A stretch of 63,938 nt of DNA, the filler included, from Choristocarpus tenellus KU-1152 (Eukaryota; Protista; Phaeophyceae): assembly GCA_964200185.2 (NCBI GenBank). It is 11 parts of 11 records of this genome, joined end to end, with 100 filler letters (N's around TTAATTAATTAA, not from the genome) between each part and the next. Parts side by side here need not be neighbours in the genome. Positions count along the whole stretch, not along the records: positions 11,887 to 31,058 come from CAXNAD020000487.1; 10 more parts are not named here. The stretch is one strand, 5' to 3'. The notes below the pieces were generated by a model. That model saw nothing but the letters and a program-made list of their open reading frames with translations. It made no database searches and was not told where the DNA came from. The translations under genes and the position numbers were made by a program. Below, one piece after another: positions 12,558-27,035 of the stretch (position 1 is the stretch's first letter; every line of letters starts with the position of its first letter).

Positions 12558-15500
12558 ATGGGGAAGGCGAAAGCGCCGCCAAAGGGGAAGGGGAAAGGGA
12601 AGAAAGAGGAGGTGGTTGTTGAGGAAGCAACTGGACCGTCGTTTACTCCAGCTGAGGCGAAGAAACTGGCAAAGCTTATTAAAGCGTCTGACAGGGGGAA
12701 AAGATTGGACGCAATTCACACCGTTGCCGCGAATGGCGATTATATCTCGACGGGTGACTGTCTGCTGCCCCTGCTTGAGTCTCTAGTACCAAAAAAGAAG
12801 ACAGAAGAAGTTGTAAAGACTGTTATGCAGGTGAGATTCAGCTAAGAACTTCCTCTGTCAGAATTAGTTTTGCGATAGAGAGATGCCAGGCCGAGGTGCC
12901 TCCCAAGTAGTCAAGTGAGTTATGAACGTGTGCACAGGTGGTAAGAGGACGATACGATTCTGCTATCACTCATTCCTGTCGATTGAACAGGTCATCGCCG
13001 ATTACGTGGTGCAAGGGGTTGGAGATCCCGCCAAATCGACGGAGGCAGCTCTCTCGATCCTCAAGGAGGTACGGAAGAAGCCTGGAAAGTACAAGTTAGT
13101 CGAAGTGATTGGGAACCTCATTCTCAGTCCAGATCCTGTCAACGCATGGAATGCAGTCCGGACCCTGCGCTGTCTGGTAGCTTGCGTGGTGAGAGCTTGG
13201 TCCTTCTTGCCGCGGATGTGCTTCTTGCCGTGGATGTGCTTATCACGTGAGGCTTCTCGTTGAAACGTTGTCTCTGAACACACAATGCTGGATTGGTACT
13301 TAGTCCAAGTCCACGGTTCTGTAGCCATGTACTCACTTGTCTCTCCCGCCCTTTGCCCTCCAAAATAACTATGTTGTCCCCCTATCCGTAGTGATACCTT
13401 AGGTCTGTGTTGACCAGCCTCCGTTGTTTAAAATCGTCAACTGACTTACACACCTTCTTCGCCCCGCCTCCCACACTCCCAATTGGCACAATAATAGAAC
13501 AACATCTCGTGACCCTACGGCTCTTCGAAATTCTGATGGTGTTCCCCCTCTTTCAGTCCCTCCAATAGTCCTTTGTTAATCAGCCCCTGATCATGACCAT
13601 ACAATGACAAACAAGATTCCGCCTGACATCATACATTCAAATTTACATTATAAACTTGGCAACCCTGTTAGGGAGAGCTTCAAGCAGGTAGCTCACAGGC
13701 ACGCCAATTTGGGCCGCTACTATTGATGCCTGGCAAGCCTGTAGATAATCTTTGCGAGCTATTGAAGAAACATGAAAGGTTAAGGACAAGAGAGGAATTG
13801 CGTGCTACTGATGGTGTAGAAGGTGAAATGGTTAAGGGGCTTGGAGAGGAAGTTGCTGGTGAATTCAATTGGGCCATAGCACGACAATATGTGCTGGACA
13901 TCCTACACATTCTTTGCGAGAACGCCAAGGACGCCATTGACACAGTTGTGGAAAGTGGTGCTGTCCCATTTATACTCGGGATGCTCAGGTACAATAATAT
14001 GCTGATGTCATCAAGGGCACCTGAACATAGGATGGTTGTTGAAGTTTGGAATGGAATAACACCTTGAAGAGTAGAAAGGTCTTGAAACAAGTGGGCATTC
14101 CCCCGCTGTGCTTGAGATGTGTTTTCTAGAAGTCTACAAGTTGAGCACACCACATTGCAGAAGAAGATATTCCAATTTTGTTTCTGTAAGATCTATCCTT
14201 CAGCTTAAGGTCTTTGCCTACTCCACTGAGCCAAAGCAAACGAGAGATACACAGTTCTTGGTCGTTTTGCATTTTAAGTAGATTTTTCTATCTTTACCAA
14301 TTCACCCGTATTTCTATGGATGAAGTGCCAAGTTGGACTTGAGAGGGTTGATTTCTCTATTGTTTGAAAAAAAATGATACAATTCGGAAAATATCCTATA
14401 CGCATTTGTAAAAAAGTCGAATTTGCAAATACTTGCTAGTATTCTTAAAAAGCAACTCTGGTTACCGCTTGTTGACTTGGACTTGCTTCAAATATAACTA
14501 TCTTCTCTTCTTGGTCAATTCTCATATTTTATAAAGGTTTCCACCATAACCCTTCACAACTAATTAGCCACCACAAAACCTCTATGCTATCCTTTTCTTC
14601 TCATTCCAACAGGACAAGTGATTTTCCTGATCAACAGCTGCTTACATCTATCCTCAAGATCCTCTTTCAAGTTGCAGAAAAATCAACAGACGCAAAGGAT
14701 GTCTCTAGTGGACTCACCGCCCTCTCTGAGGGGGGGGCATGGGGTGCAGTGTACGATACATTGAGAGGACCTTGCATAGCACGTGCAACAGAACTGCTGC
14801 AGGCTGGAGAAAGCAAGGCAGGGGTTGATGAGGTGGCTCTAGGGAACTGCCTTGATAACATGGCACGCTGCGCTGAGGTAAAAGTGACTCCAGTTGTGGG
14901 ATGTTCTTTTTTGTGGGATTCATTTTGTAAATGAGGGCGGTGGTTGGAACATTCAACAGAATTAATCTGTTCTGTACAGAATAACCCAGCTAACATGACA
15001 GTTGCCAACATCTTCACAGATAGTTAGCACCATAAAGAGTTGCCCTAATATTGTAACATAGGAAAAGAAGTAGAGTTTGTGACTTTGACTTGGACGATCA
15101 GAAGATCCTCTCCATGCAGTCGACCTTTTTGTAATTTGAAGTGCTGACTTAGGATACAACACTTAATTTATAGGGAAAGTGTCACACTTTGTCACAGTGT
15201 AAGTGGGATTTGATGGAAAGCCCTTGTGCTCAGAACCTAAGTGGGACACTTGGAGTGCTGCAACACCCCATTCCCACAAAAATAAATAAATAGAGTGAAC
15301 CTGCTGAGCAAACCACCTTATTCTTTGTTGTGCAATTTAAGTGTCACCTATGCATAATATTTTGTGGGTAGTTTGCCTCTACACAAATACAGAGTGCCTT
15401 CCAATACTATCTAAGGCAAGTCCACAGCAACTTTCATCGATGACTAGTTTAACCCTGTCACTTGACGAGCAGGTGCTGCGGATCATGGCCATGTCTGGGG

Positions 15501-18500
15501 TAGGATTGGAAGAGGAAGGAGCCCTAGAAGCAGGTATAACTGCAATGAGTTCCATATTGGGAATGAAGGGTCTCCCACGTGAGGATACTGCTGTCGCTAA
15601 TCTAATGACTGGGATGGTCAAGGCTATGGGGTCCATTGCCTGCCTCAGTGAGGTGTGCCCTAAAAATAATTCGAAGAATATACTTTTTGGTAAGAAAGGA
15701 GCCGATGCAGGAGGGCATTCTCTGTAAGTTCATTTTTGCCAGCCTACAAGCATGTGCTGGGTACATAAAAATTATGTCCAGTTCATTTGATTCTGCGAGT
15801 GGCATAGGATCTCGTGCTTGCATATCATGCAAGTTTTTTTAGTTAAGTTTGTGAAACATTGTACGAGCAAAAGGTGAGAAACCAAACATGCCTATACTTT
15901 GTTGTGTACAGAATATGTGTTGCAAAACCTACTCATTTTGGGTAACTGCAACCATGTAATAATTGCCATCTATGATTGAGCTGTCTGCCTTACCCCTCCC
16001 CCCCCCCCTTCCCTAACTCTACACGCCAACAGGAAAATCGTGTCAAGGTTTGCACAGCAGGGGCAGTACCAATGGTCCTCTCACTCATGGCCCCAGAAAC
16101 CCCCCTTGACAAAGGTGTAAGTCGGAGTGCAGCCACCAACCTACCTATGGATACAGCTCATGGACGCCTCATGCGAAAAACAGCAGAGAAATGCCTTCAT
16201 CACCTCCTTGTCTCCCGGGTCACATGGCTTGCTGATGACTGCGCACTCTGCAACATCACCTGTCCCCCTGCCCAGGCTGCCCTTGCTGAGTCTGGCACTA
16301 CTAACTCAGAAGCAGAGGAGGCAACAGAGCTAAAGACTGGTACTGGAAGAGGGCCTTACCTTACAGTTGAGACTGTCGTTGCTGCTCTGAGCTCAGACTC
16401 AATTGATGTACGCTGCCGGGCAGTACGCCTCCTCTCCTGCCTCGCCTCATCCAAGGCAAATGCCTCCGCCCTCGGGACCTTGGTAGTTTCACCATTACAG
16501 AAGGTGTTAGCGTGGTGGCTACAGAGCAAAACAGATAAGGGAGAACATCGATATCTTCCCCCTGTGGATTCTGGATCATCTGGGGGAAAGATTGTCAAAG
16601 GAGATGGGTTGGGTGGGAAGAACTCTACGGTCACATTGCAGCCAAAGGATGTGGAAGGGTCAGGAGTAGATCACACAGTGGATGCAATAGACCTAGTCAA
16701 TGCGACTGATATATCAGGAATAAGACAACTTGAGGACATGGATGGGACTCGGGTCCTGGAGGATGAGACTCTGGCATACACATTGACCGTTTTGCTTGAG
16801 ATGGTGGCAACGAAGGAGGCATGTGTTGCTATTGGTGCTAGTGGAGTGGTGGAGCTCCTAATCAAGATAATAGAGAGTGGACCCTGCACTGTTGATGAGT
16901 TCTTTGCTGGTAATAGCAATATTGTCCCTTTTGGGGCAGCAGCAACTCCTTCTAGTGCTTCCACTGTCATTACATCTGCCATTATGCCCAACACAAAAGA
17001 TAAGCTAGAACAAGAGGTCTGCAGCTCTGGGGAGAGTGGCCTAGTACATACCAAACAGAAAACGAGGGATGATCAAAGGTTGGATAACCCAGGATCTATG
17101 CTCAACCTCAGCAATGCCCTGAGGGAGGATGGCATTACAACTCGCCAGCACTTCTGCTGGCGGGGAAGAGCAGGTTGTGATCCAGAAACAAAACTCTTTG
17201 GTCCCCTTGACTGGGACTGGGACTTCATTGTTGATAAGATGCAGGAACCAGTGCGACCTGGTCTAGTGATTCGAGGAGCAGCATTACGTTTGCTTGTGGG
17301 GGTTGTTGATGGAGACAAGCACTTGATGGAGGTTGCTCCCCCAAAGCTAGGTGGGGAAATTTCTGCTCAACCATCGGCCAAACTTACCTTAAATCCAGGA
17401 GGCGGAGCTCAAGCTGTGCTAAAGTATGGCTTGCCTATGTGCCTCGATCTACTCTCCATTGATATGTGTTGGGAATCTGAGATGGATGGGGCGAAGGGCA
17501 CTGGCACAGAGACCCTCTCTGGAATTCCTGTTGCCCCTGATGAGGAACTCGTTCACCATGAAATATATTTGGAATGCTTGCGCTTAATGGGGTCTTTGCT
17601 CCAGATAGGGAATCCTGCGAGGGAAGCATTCCTAGTAGTGGCTGACACACACCGGGGTGGTTGGAGCAGGTTGCTGCAGTGCATGGCTGGAAATGAAAGC
17701 CCGCAAGATGGAGAGGAGGGAAATTTACTCGGAGGAGAGGAAAGGGTCAAGGTAGCATCAAAAGAAGGTGCAGAGGGGAGAAGCGAAGGGGCAGGAATAA
17801 CTGGGGAGTATGGAGCTAACGCAGGCTCGTTAAGTATCAAGTCGACAAAACCATGGGTCAGGCCTACTGTTTATTGCGGCTTTAACCTTTCCAATGATAA
17901 ACTTAGCGCATTAAGATCAGCTCTGCCGTACATACGAGCTGTCTCGTTGCTGCTCTCACCACTACGCAACCCAGGTGCCCCAGCTACACACCTCCTCGCA
18001 GCCTTGGTCGCCCTGCGATGGCTATGTACTGAGGGTCCTTGTGAGTGTGGACCCCAGCCTGACCTCATGTGTGACGGGGAGCTTCCGTTGCCACTGAGTA
18101 AAGAGGCCACTGCTGGACCACTAGTAGACACCCTGGCTGGTGTGGCGGTTGGACTGGGTGCACTTGTTCCTCTAATCTCTATATCAGGATGTGCATTGGC
18201 TGCGTCTGGGCAGGGAAGTTTACCACCGGAGACCCAGGGATTAGTCAGTGAATGCCAGACACTTGTCAATCACCTGGTGATGCGGGGCCAGGCCCGTGAG
18301 CAATATTGGGGCTCTCTCCCAGCACTCCCTGAGACATTAGATGTCAAGGGGTCTGGGGGGAAGTCTTCCAGTCGAAAACCCAAGGTAAGGAAGAGTTGCA
18401 AGGGACGCAAGGATGAACCGGCTTCGGAGACGGAAAATGAACATGTAAGCAACCCAACCCTGCCAAAATTTGGCCTCCAGGATCCAAACCAAGGCCCTGA

Positions 18501-21500
18501 CCGTGGTACATGGGCTAGACTCCTCAATGCAATCACAAATGAACCACGCACTCATATGGTGGGTACAAATGCGCTTCTCATGGCTACAAGCATTGGCTTA
18601 GAGCAGGAAGTACATAGCCTCCTTGCGGCAGGGGCAGACCCCAACATCCACGGTAGCGATGGCAGAACTCCTCTCATGTATGCCTTGGTACAGGGTATGG
18701 ACGGGGTGGTGCAGGCACTTGTTGGTGCAGGCGCTGATGTTGATGCTGTTGACTGTATGGGTGATGGAGTGATCAAGTTTGCCTTTCTTTCGCCAACCAG
18801 AAGAGTTATGCAGGGCGTTATGCAGCAGACGCCACACTCAACTCAAGGACCTGGTAAAGGGACAGAGGTAGTTATAGGAGTGGGGGAAGATTGCGTTGTA
18901 TCAAGTAGATCAAGTTCCAAGGGTTTGTGCTTCTCCAGCTCAAGCACCAGCAAAACTGAAGGAAGTGAGGAAACTCGTACTACTGCCTCAGCAGCAGAGT
19001 TAGCAATGACGGCTTCAGGGGCAGGGGTGGAGCCAGGGTTGGGAGTAGGAGCAAGTCGTCCTCCCAGTCGCTCACGAAGTGGATCGGTTAGTGTCAGCAG
19101 GAGTCGCAGTCGAAGCAGATCAGGGAGTCGCTCAAGCAATGCTGCTGGTAGCCGAAATGGGAGCATATCTGCAGTGGCAGGCAGACGGCGCTCCTCACTT
19201 GTCCGCGCTGTGTCTTTTCATGAAGAGGGCTCCCCTGGGATCCCCCGGCGTCGTCTGTCTCGAATGTTCTCGACTTCTGCGCTTGATTCTGCGAGGGAAG
19301 CCCTACAGGCACATCGGCAATTGCCAGCAGAACCCCTCAGAACCCCACGAGGGAGTATTACCGTCACAGGTGATGCCCGTATGATCCCATACATACTCTC
19401 AAACGGTGCTGATCCTAACGTTTCAGATGGTCAGGGATACTTCCCACTACACATAGCTGTGATTGGTACAACACTGACAGTGACAATCATGAACCAACAG
19501 ATCAAGATCAGGAGTAGCAGACACAAGTGCATCGTTGGTGGGACTTGGCGTCAACCCTTAGGCAGAGATAGTAGGCGAAATTCAAGAGAGATTGGACATT
19601 GTGGCGACATTTCTACAGACAGCGATGGTGGCACTAAGGAAGGGGAAGATGTGCCCCCTTCCAGTATCGCATTAATCAAGATGCTCGTTGAGGCAGGGTC
19701 AAAACCAGATGCCTCCATCCCGACTGGAATGACAGCGCTTCATGCTGCAGCATTAGTTGGGCGTGCTGACCTGGCTGAGACTCTGCTGGAGCTTGGTTCC
19801 AGCCCTAACATCACTGATAATCTGGGATGCTTGCCTTTCCACTATGTGTGTCTTCGAGCTGCACATGGATTTTTAAGTCTTGCTCATAAGCTTCTGGAGT
19901 TAGGGACAGGACGTTCACTCAACAAAGGAATCCACACTGATGATCGAAAGGTGTGATGGGTTGACCCCCCCCTCGCATCCTTGATTATACCTCTTGGCAG
20001 AGTGGGATATGCTTCATGATAGCGTGCTAACACAATAATCAGCGATTTTACTTGTCACATCGTAGATCATAACACGCAAAAATGTTTTTGGTTTCAATGA
20101 TGCATTATTCCCAACTTGAATTAAGGCTGATGTAGATCAGTGATGTTGCCTTATACTCTACGCACGTCATCCTTTCCGAAAATTATATGTAATTCTCTTT
20201 TTCACCTCACCAAGTACATAGGTAGTTTTTGAAATAGGTCGTTTAAATAGCTGGTGGGACGGCATGGTGCCATAATTTGTGTACTGTACCAATTAGCTGC
20301 ATGGTCTAAACAGTCCTCCACCGTACTACTTATTACAACTGCTGATTTGTACTTGAGAGAAAACGCCGATTTCCCCTGTTATTTGATGGGTCTACAAAAA
20401 AAAATCCGCTCGTTCATACACTTTCGCGAATTACTGAAGTTTCATATGCAGAGATTGGAGGGCATCAAACGCTTGCAACCGTAGCTGGTTGCTAACCAAC
20501 TTCATCTGGAACATCTCTCATATCCATTCGTCCCCAGGGGAGGACCCGTCAGGAGAAGCTCCTATTAGACCTCAGAGATATAATGCACAGCGGGTTAATT
20601 GAGGCTACAAACCCTTCTGCAATCACACGGCGGCGTGCAACACGTTCAGAACTCCTGAACCACGTAAGTGCAGAGGGCCTAGCCCCAATCCACTACCTTT
20701 GTGATGGTCACATCGCTAGTCGGGAGGCAGCGGCTGCTATTCTAGCTCTCTATGGCCCAACTCCATGGGCCAACTCTTCTTCTCAGAACACCTCTGTTGC
20801 AGGCTCACTTTCCTACCCTGATATTGGTGTCCGTGGAGAGATGCTCCATTGGCTACTATCGGAGGCAGAGCTTGATCCACGAGTAAGAGCACCACGTGGA
20901 GCCACTGCAATCCACCTTTCTGTGCAGTATCCTGACCCTGGTTACTCTGACTTAGTACCAGCACTTGTGCGGGCAGATGTCAATGTGGATGCCCTTGATG
21001 CCCCGCCCCATGCTGATGCACCCGCGGGATCACCCCCACACCAAATGAATAATTTTTATTGTATTGGAAGGAGCAGTGATAGCAATGGCACTGGCGGTTG
21101 CAATGGCAATTGGCGAGAAGACCATGAGTGTGCACCCCAAATTCAGGAGTTAGGGGTGGAAGGGAATACAATTGGGCAGGACACCACGACTCAGCTCCAC
21201 TTCTCTGCATTGCACTATGCACTCCGAGGCAAAGCATGGGAGGCTGCCGACAAACTACTACTTGCCAAAGCCCGGGTCAGAGTGGAAGGTGCTGTTCCAC
21301 CATGCTTGCATGTGGCGTGCCTAGCTGGAGCTCCTATAGAGCTAGTGGCTAAATTACTTGACGAGACCACAGCTGAAGAAGCCTTGGGACCTGGCATTGT
21401 TCCAGCCACTATCACCTACACCAGCACTGATACCTGCGGCAGCAGTTGCTATGCTGCAAGTGCTCTTTATCTTGCAGCACAGAGTGGCAGCACTCCTCTC

Positions 21501-22415
21501 GTGCAGTTGTTGCTGAATAGGTATTACAGCCCCCTTGTAGCAAATGAGCCTGTGACATCAGGGAAAGCAAACAGCAATCCAGGGGCTGGTTGTACTGGGT
21601 ACAATAGCGAAGAGATCCAGAAGTGGAGTAGGCACCACAGCCTCCTGGATGAACGAAATCCGATCCACGCTGCAGCAGCTGGTGGGCATGATGGGGTGAT
21701 CCGGGAACTACTCAACTGGCAGGGGGGCAAGGCAAGTATGGGGTGGATCAATGCCTGCGATACTGCAAGGAAGACACCACTCCACCTGGCAGTGGTGGGA
21801 GGGCACTGGGCTGCAGCATCACTGCTGACTTCAGTAGAAGGGTTTGATTCTCTCCAGGCAATAGAAGAGGGTGAGGGCAAGCGCACCTTGCTTCAGCTCA
21901 CTGAGCAGGCCAATATGGATATTGTAGATTCTGGATCAGGTGAGGAGTCAGCACTGTCCAACCTCCGTGACAGCAATGCGCTCATAATGTCAATTCTAGA
22001 AGGTATCCAGGCAGTCGACAAAGCCAGGGCCAAGTCGGCAGCACAAGAAGAAGAAGGGGAAGAGAATGATGAGGGGAGGCAGGCAGAAAGGAGCAACAGT
22101 GAGGGAGAAGAAGATGATGCGGGTGGTGTGCTTTCCACCATATGTCACTTGCATCCTTGCTTTGCCCAGGGTGTCCTCTACTCAAATGCCAAGGGGGTCT
22201 ACATTCCTGAGGCAAACCCAGTCAAGGATGGTAGAAACAGTTGTCTAGGTGACCAGGAGAATAAACAGGGACCTCAGGGAAGAGAAGGAGGGGATATGGC
22301 AATAGTAGAACAGAGATGGTCACCTGAAGAGGAACAGACTATAAAGGTCCAGGACGGGAGTTTGAGGGCTATTGACACAATGGTCTTACAGCGTCCTGAG
22401 TTGGCTGCAGGATAG
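12558..22415 (+). CDS. Large armadillo-repeat + ankyrin-repeat protein (~2,340 aa), 7 exons: 12558-12830, 12991-13176 (or 13188), 13672-13988, 14613-14877, 15473-15652, 16033-19950, 20538-22415
   Basis: All junctions are GT-AG with compatible phases. ARM-like segments: AIDTVVESGAVPFILGML, ENRVKVCTAGAVPMVLSLM, EACVAIGASGVVELLIKII. About 12 ankyrin motifs (GRTPLMYA, GYFPLHIA, GMTALHAA, ASALYLAAQSG, RNPIHAAAAGG, KTPLHLAVVGG). Lys-rich N-terminus MGKAKAPPKGKGKGKKEE. Confidence 0.9.
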
Positions 22416-24619
22416 CTATACATAGCAGGATGGAAAGGTCTAATTACACAAGGAACATCAACAAGAAAACGTGCTCACTATATGAATCTTTTATTCCAGT
22501 ACTCCTACTAGATTGCTCGGAAATGTAATCATTTGTTTCAACAACATTTGGAGTACTCCTTCTACCACAATGGTATATACAATTGATTCATTTCACCAAT
22601 GATGCAAACACTACTACTTTGAAGTGTTACTTATATGTGGCAATAAAAGTTGTCCCCTTCCTGCCACACAAGATAGGCATAGATACCGGCTACCCTAAAA
22701 AAAAACACGACTCCCCAAAAGATTAACGCTTCCATGCAGTTGCAAAGCGTAAGGTTCTGGGAGGCTCTTTTCCCCACTCCTTATTGTGGAGCGAAGTGAA
22801 GCACATTAAGCTGGTCAAGGAATGAGGTTTTTGGGAGGAATGAAGATATGTTGAGTTTTTGCATGCATGTTTTAGACACATGATTATTGGGACCCCAAAC
22901 GAAATCCAGGGTGCTGGTTGACTGGCTGCTGGATATGTAATAAATGAAAATAAAGATAAAAATGGGTGCCCCACATCGGAAAGGACGATTCATTTCCAAG
23001 GGATCACAACATCATATACTCCAGTACATAGCGCAAATCCCTAGATGCTAGTGGAGAGGTATATGGTGAGGGGGCGAAGATTGAACTTGAAGGTAAATGA
23101 TAAAATATGGCGAAGAAGTTGCTGTCACAGTCAAGATTGCAAGGCTGTGTGTATGAGTATTATTTGATCTGGTAGTGTCCAAAAATGGATAAACCTGAAA
23201 AGGGTGTTCAATTCAATCTCCATCGTCAAGCACAATGGTAGACAAATTACTGAACCCCAACTGAAATGCAGGGTGATGACTTTCCCATCATGCTGTATGT
23301 CTCGACCAAGACCATGGGTGAGATTGTCCAACAGGACTTCTTTGGCCTTACCACGAACCCGCTTGGGTCAAGGTGACAGTACGTCCTTAGCAATATATGT
23401 ATGTTTATAGAAATGGGTAACCCACATTGAAGAAGTGGGTTTATCGTCTCCAAAGGGTCGTAAAAGCAGATGCCAACACAAAGGCAGAGATAAATATAAA
23501 GGTATGGGGTCAGGGGATGTGAAGTTGAAGGATTAGTGTTAGAGTTTTGAATCGGATGCCAATGCTGAGTTTACATAGACTAAGAAACGTACCTTTAGGT
23601 GATAGCTGTTTTGCGAAATACTCCGGAGTATTTGGTTGGATTCAGGAGTTTACAGGATTGACTGTTTGGGTAATCAGGTTTAAGTTTTGAGTAGTCCATT
23701 TGATCATGGAATATGTGTTGCATTGTCTTTCATGTGTGACTGATGTAGGGTTGTTAAACTTGATGAAATTCCGCGAATATATATTGTATAGTATGTAGGG
23801 GGAATGACACTGGAGAAGTTCTGCACTCAATACAATATTCATTTGTTCGCCTGAAGTGTAAGCAGGGTAGACCTCTATCTCTAGTTAAGTTGTTACCAAC
23901 GATTGGAGAGGATACAAGCATCGAGTAAGGACACTCTTGTAACCACAAAAATCACTATCTAACAATAATAATACAGAGACAAATAAGAGCAAAGTTAAAA
24001 ATCTAGGCCCGTCTATTCCTATTCCAAGAATGATCTGAAGATAAGAAATTTCGGTCAGGTTATGAAGCCCACACGATTCTCCCTCGATTCCTCTTTTTTT
24101 AATAGTTTTGATAAAGGCTGCCCTAGGTTATTATGCCTAGGAATGACTTTGTGACTAGTCAAAGGTTGTTCCACCAGAATTCTGTAAGATGAGAACTTGT
24201 CCTTGGGTCGACCTCGGTCTGTCTTTTCTGTCATCTTGTGGTTCATCATATAGGGGTCCGTCAATTCTCGTTTGGGATCGCCATTATTACCCCTACTTCT
24301 AAAACACGCACGTAATAAAAACCCCTAAACATCGACAGATTAAAAAGTGTTTTGTTCTCTACGCGAAATGTATGTATTCATTTTATTTTCTGGCAAAATG
24401 ATATGCTCACTTATAAAGTTTTCAACATCTTTTCCCCTCATAATCCAACCACTGTTTTGTTATCAGATGATAGGCTCATTTTTCAATTATTCCGATGTTT
24501 CATGTAATTAATTTTAACATCTGTTTGACTAAAAGGTTTCTTATTAGTCAAAACCTGAATCCTCTTCTATGCATCACCTTCCAAACTCTACAAGATCTGT
24601 AAACCGATCCCTTCCTCTA

Positions 24620-24730
24620 TATTATTATGCCCTATGACATTTTGCAGATGTTTCAGGGGGAAAACCAATGAAAATTATACATACGTCATTGTTAGCCCAA
24701 AAGAAATAAAATATCCTAAACATAAGAACA
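24620..24730 (+). repeat. Dispersed repeat, second copy at 34060-34171
   Basis: attattatgccctatgacattttgcagatgtttcagggggaaaaccaatgaaaattatac... aligns with tttattattttgccctctgacattttgcagatgtgtcaggggggaaaccaatcaaaactata... Confidence 0.85.
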
Positions 24731-25030
24731 CTACAAAATATTGTAAGTGTGGAAACCACTAATCAGTTACTTCACCATTATCAATATTGTACTACTGTCT
24801 TCCTGTGCTTCCTATCTACCTACTCCTGTGCTCCGGGGGGGGGAGCTAGGGAGGTATCCCAAGAATAGCAAACATCCCTTCCTATCGTCTTTTTTACGGC
24901 GAGCCGAGTTCAAATCTTACCTAAGTAAAAAAATGAACATTGCTTACAATTTTTGGAAACATGGCGTAGTGTGGATGTTGCTTGGAAGTGAGAAAGGTAG
25001 TCGCAGGGATACAACCTTATGCTTTGCGTA

Positions 25031-25075
25031 GTGTGTGTGTGTGTGTATGTGTGTGTGTGTGCGTGTATGTGTGTG
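25031..25075. repeat. (GT)n microsatellite
   Basis: Interrupted gtgtgt run. Confidence 0.9.
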
Positions 25076-26187
25076 ACATTAATTTTTTGGCGGTATATTG
25101 TGCAGGGTGATGTTGGATGCTACAATGTGTGTACAAGTAGAACTATGTACTCGAGGGGTATATGCGTTGCATGTGTGGCGTTGAAATTGGGTGAAGGTGA
25201 AATGTGATATTGTAAGTTGAGACACAAATAGGATTAGGGAATAATGTTTCGGGAGGGGTGTGTAGGTGTGAGGCAACATATTTTCTTGGAGAGAGGAGTT
25301 CAGTATCATGTTGGACGTTCAGGGATATGTAGGGAGGGTAGGGCTTGGTGTTTGAGCAGTGTGCGGGGTTGTGGCAGGAAGGTGGGGGTGTTAAAGTATC
25401 AGGAAGTCGGGCTCTTGGGCTCTGAAGAGTCCCAAAAAGGATGCAAGATATGTTGGTTGATGTACTCAGGTTTCTCGATTATCTTCAGTCCTTATAGTCC
25501 TTTGATCTATGTAAGAGATAAGTTGTGTGACTGGGGTTCTTAAGAGAAGACTAAAAGGAAAAAGTTGAAGTGAACTCAAGAGAGAAAAGTGGACTATGAC
25601 AATACCTGACATATCAAAAATACATTCAACCAAGGAATTCACTATATGACAACACCAGTATCATCATTGCTGTCAGTAAGGCACGAGTCAAGTCCAGCCA
25701 AACAGCCATACAAAACATTAATGTTTTGCATCGATGTAAATGATACGTTATATGTACGGTATTCTCACACATAATACAACTAACTGCTCTAAGTGCTACA
25801 AAATATTGTGATTAGCCTAATATCTTGTTTAATGCCATAGAACTAGCTCCGTGGCTTCTCTGTCTTCGCCATGCACTCTGGATCCTCTTGATGGACTTTC
25901 TTGACCTCTTGCACCTTGATTTCTGTCAAGGTGAAATGTGTGATGTATCTAGTTATTTTCATTTTGACACAATCGTAAGATTATGAGTAAATGCCAAGGT
26001 GGTGACGATATTCTTTCTCTCATTGGTCCCTGGGTATTGTGAAGGGTGTAAGTGGGATGTTGTCAGATGATACAGTTGTAAGATTAGGAATCCCTTATGA
26101 TGAAGGCGGTGATGTGTTTCTCTTGCGACTGCATATACGTGGTCAATACCTACTCCAGGCAGTTGGCGAAGGATAACATTAATAGTT

Positions 26188-26445
26188 GTTTGAAAGTATC
26201 TTAGAGGGTACGAGTTTTGCCCTGTTTGTCTGTTTGGGGCTTGGCTTCCCACGTGTTTTTTATGACATTTTCCTACTCTGAAATGTTTCAAAGTAAGTAA
26301 AATGTATACGTTATGAAAAGGTGTGTCCTGAACAAAGGTATTGACGCTTCCTAACAAACACGATAGCCGAAATTACATCAAAATCGCAACATTGAATTTT
26401 GGCCCCCAAATGGACACGGCTCTACCCTCTAAGATACTTTCGCTC
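26188..26445. mobile_element. MITE family A copy 1 (~258 bp, PIF/Harbinger-like)
   Basis: TIR GAAAGTATCTTAGAGGGTA ... TACCCTCTAAGATACTTTC; internal sequence homologous to five other copies. Confidence 0.92.
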
Positions 26446-27035
26446 AGTGGTGTTCTTGCCAGAGTGTGGCATGCTCTGTTCAGGAACTCGCTCTGAATGT
26501 TGTGGAGTATCTCAACTCCTCACAATCTGAACCTTTGTTCTTCATGAGACACAATGACTCTACTGTAGTGGACGGTGGACAAAACACATCTTTAAGGAAT
26601 CGAGCACTTTCATCCCTGTCAGAGAGGTGGTACTTTGGAACGAGGAGGTACAGCCCAGCAAGATATTTTAATTAGGAGTCAGCTGTGACCCATGTCCCTC
26701 AGCAAAGAATCCCCTACGCGGTACCCAAATGGCAACCTGCGCAAGGCCTTAACGCTGAACCCAGCAGTCAGTCAGGCAGGCAGCAGGGAATACAGGAAAT
26801 TGTTTTATTCCACATGGTAGAACTGTATGGGTTGGGTGCCATACTTGGAGGTTGACTGGTACGGGGATCACCTGCCAATATTGTGGATATGTGCAGCGTC
26901 AGGGATATTGAATTAGTACTGTACTGGAGTGTGAAAGTTCAATTAACAGGTATCTAGTGGATTGCATTGTAGGTTGGTCTACAGCAACGGGGATACTTGA
27001 GTGGAGTGTGTAAGTTTAATGGATACCTTATGATA

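Noticed and set aside
11097-12558. Apparent head-to-head pair of the F-box gene and the ARM-ankyrin gene
   Set aside because: Separated by a contig spacer, so there is no evidence of real adjacency.
16127-22248. Many overlapping and antisense ORFs within the long ARM-ankyrin exons, and likewise over the copia element
   Set aside because: Shadow ORFs of the true coding frame with no independent motifs.
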